A stretch of DNA of 64,000 nucleotides from positions 6,606 through 70,605 of the forward strand of contig JBOEGK010000037.1 of NCBI GenBank assembly GCA_050633385.1, read 5' to 3'. Positions 62,786 through 64,000 of this stretch are shown piece by piece. This DNA comes from Hyphomonas sp. (lineage in GTDB: Bacteria > Pseudomonadota > Alphaproteobacteria > Caulobacterales > Hyphomonadaceae). The translations under genes were made by a program, and so were the position numbers. The notes under the pieces were generated by a model. That model saw only the letters and a list, made by a program, of their open reading frames with translations. It searched no databases and was not told where the DNA came from. Within the stretch, counting starts at the first letter, position 1; every line of letters starts with the position of its first letter.

Positions 62786-64000
62786 ATGGTGAAATTGTAT
62801 ACGTGTCTCACGATGGAGCATAATTATGCTCTCGTTTTTCTTGCTACGATTATCTGTCTGATTGGATCTTTGGCGTGTAGCTTTATGCTCTTACGGATGA
62901 GAGGGACGCAAGGGCGATTGCAGAAGGTCTGGATCGCGACATTGGCGTTAACGTCAAGCACAGTCATTTGGTCAACGCACTTCATCTCTATGCTGGCTTA
63001 TGAGCCGGGCGTTGGCTTTGCTTTTGATCTATTCTGGACGACTGTGTCCCTTCTCGTCAGTATCGTGTTGAACCTGGTGGCTTTCACGCTGATTTCCCGG
63101 ACAGGGTATCTGTTCAAGGCAATGGGCGGTGTAATTTTGGGGGTCAGTATTTCCGCCATGCACTATACAGGCATGCTGGGATTGCTGCCCGATGGGATTA
63201 AGGAATGGAACTTCGGATATATTGCTGCGTCTGTTGTCGTGAGCATCGTTTTATCGGCGCTATTCGTGGTGGCGAACCGTAAGGCCGCAGGTGTCGGATC
63301 AGCTTTGTTGGCGGGTTTGATACTTGTCTTAGCGATTGCTGGGCTGCACTTCGTTGGAATGACTGCGTTGACCATTCTACCTGATCCAACGCTAAATGAT
63401 GCCGGATTGGCAATGTCTCCGGAATTGTTGAGCGTGCTGGTAGCCGCTGTTACCGGCGTTGTTGTTCAGGCGGGTGTGGCCGGAGCGGTGATTGATCTTC
63501 GGTTGAGCTTCATGCGCCAACGCACCAAGGAGCGATTGAAACAGAGTGAGGAGCGGTTTTTTCTGGCCATTCGTGGATCATCGGATGGCATTTGGGACTG
63601 GGACATTAAGACGGGCGAGGTGTACTATTCCGATCGTTTTAACGAGATGCTTGGCTATCAGAAAAACCAGTTAGACCCGACGGTGGACGCCTATCAGGCG
63701 ATCATTCATCCTGAAGATCGCGATCGTGTGAACGCGTCCATGGTTTCGCACTTCAAGACTAAACAGCCATTCTATGAAGAGTATCGTTTGCTTAATAGTG
63801 ATGGAGACTATCGCTGGTATCGCGTGCGCGGTGAGGCTGTACGCAGCGACGATGGCCGCGCCAGTCGTATGGCCGGCAGCGTCGCCGATATAAATGATTT
63901 GGTGAGCGCGCGATTAATTGCTGAACGTGCCAAGGCAAATGCGGATCAGGCCAATAAATTGAAATCTGAATTCTTGGCGAATATGAGCCATGAAATCCGT
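62786..64000 (+). CDS. MHYT-PAS sensor histidine kinase; runs off the window edge
   Basis: Not in the ORF track. Manual translation MVKLYTCLTMEHNY... gives IWSTHFISMLAY, AMHYTGM and LHFVGM repeats, the PAS segment DGIWDW...IHPEDR...YRWYRVRG, and in-frame H-box EFLANMSHEIR. Confidence 0.92.
   Translation, partial: MVKLYTCLTMEHNYALVFLATIICLIGSLACSFMLLRMRGTQGRLQKVWIATLALTSSTVIWSTHFISMLAYEPGVGFAFDLFWTTVSLLVSIVLNLVAFTLISRTGYLFKAMGGVILGVSISAMHYTGMLGLLPDGIKEWNFGYIAASVVVSIVLSALFVVANRKAAGVGSALLAGLILVLAIAGLHFVGMTALTILPDPTLNDAGLAMSPELLSVLVAAVTGVVVQAGVAGAVIDLRLSFMRQRTKERLKQSEERFFLAIRGSSDGIWDWDIKTGEVYYSDRFNEMLGYQKNQLDPTVDAYQAIIHPEDRDRVNASMVSHFKTKQPFYEEYRLLNSDGDYRWYRVRGEAVRSDDGRASRMAGSVADINDLVSARLIAERAKANADQANKLKSEFLANMSHEIR

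Overview
64 kb of chromosome from what looks like a free-living alphaproteobacterium (inferred from gene content). In order: (1) the start of a soluble NAD-linked formate dehydrogenase operon (fdsG, partial fdsB); (2) an APH-family phosphotransferase and a 900-aa ATPase-TPR-LuxR regulator that faces a structured non-coding segment rather than a target gene; (3) a sugar-acid (KDG/Entner-Doudoroff) locus with eda, kdgK, a LacI regulator, four copies of a TGAHACCGGTKTCA palindrome, an internally deleted KduD-like remnant missing from the ORF track, and a full-length but motif-less 6-phosphogluconolactonase homologue; (4) a cobalamin riboswitch with btuB-F-C-D-like genes; (5) lipid metabolism genes; (6) a long surface-polysaccharide region: manC, cysD/cysNC, glmS, rmlCBDA, an unexplained Pol-beta-like nucleotidyltransferase, an RTX metalloprotease with a 540-bp super-repeat, ahcY-purU-metK, DegT, GT2, the full pseudaminic acid pathway, a Wzm/Wzt (KpsM/T-like) exporter whose ATPase has a TPR-like tail, two KpsC/KpsS-type proteins flanking a DUF2793 GTA/phage-fibre-like gene, tRNA-Ile(CAU), kdsA, galE, kdsD; (7) a membrane-anchored receiver protein and a partial MHYT-PAS histidine kinase. 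No CRISPR array, integrase, transposase or rRNA was seen. All family assignments come from reading motifs by eye; no searches were run.
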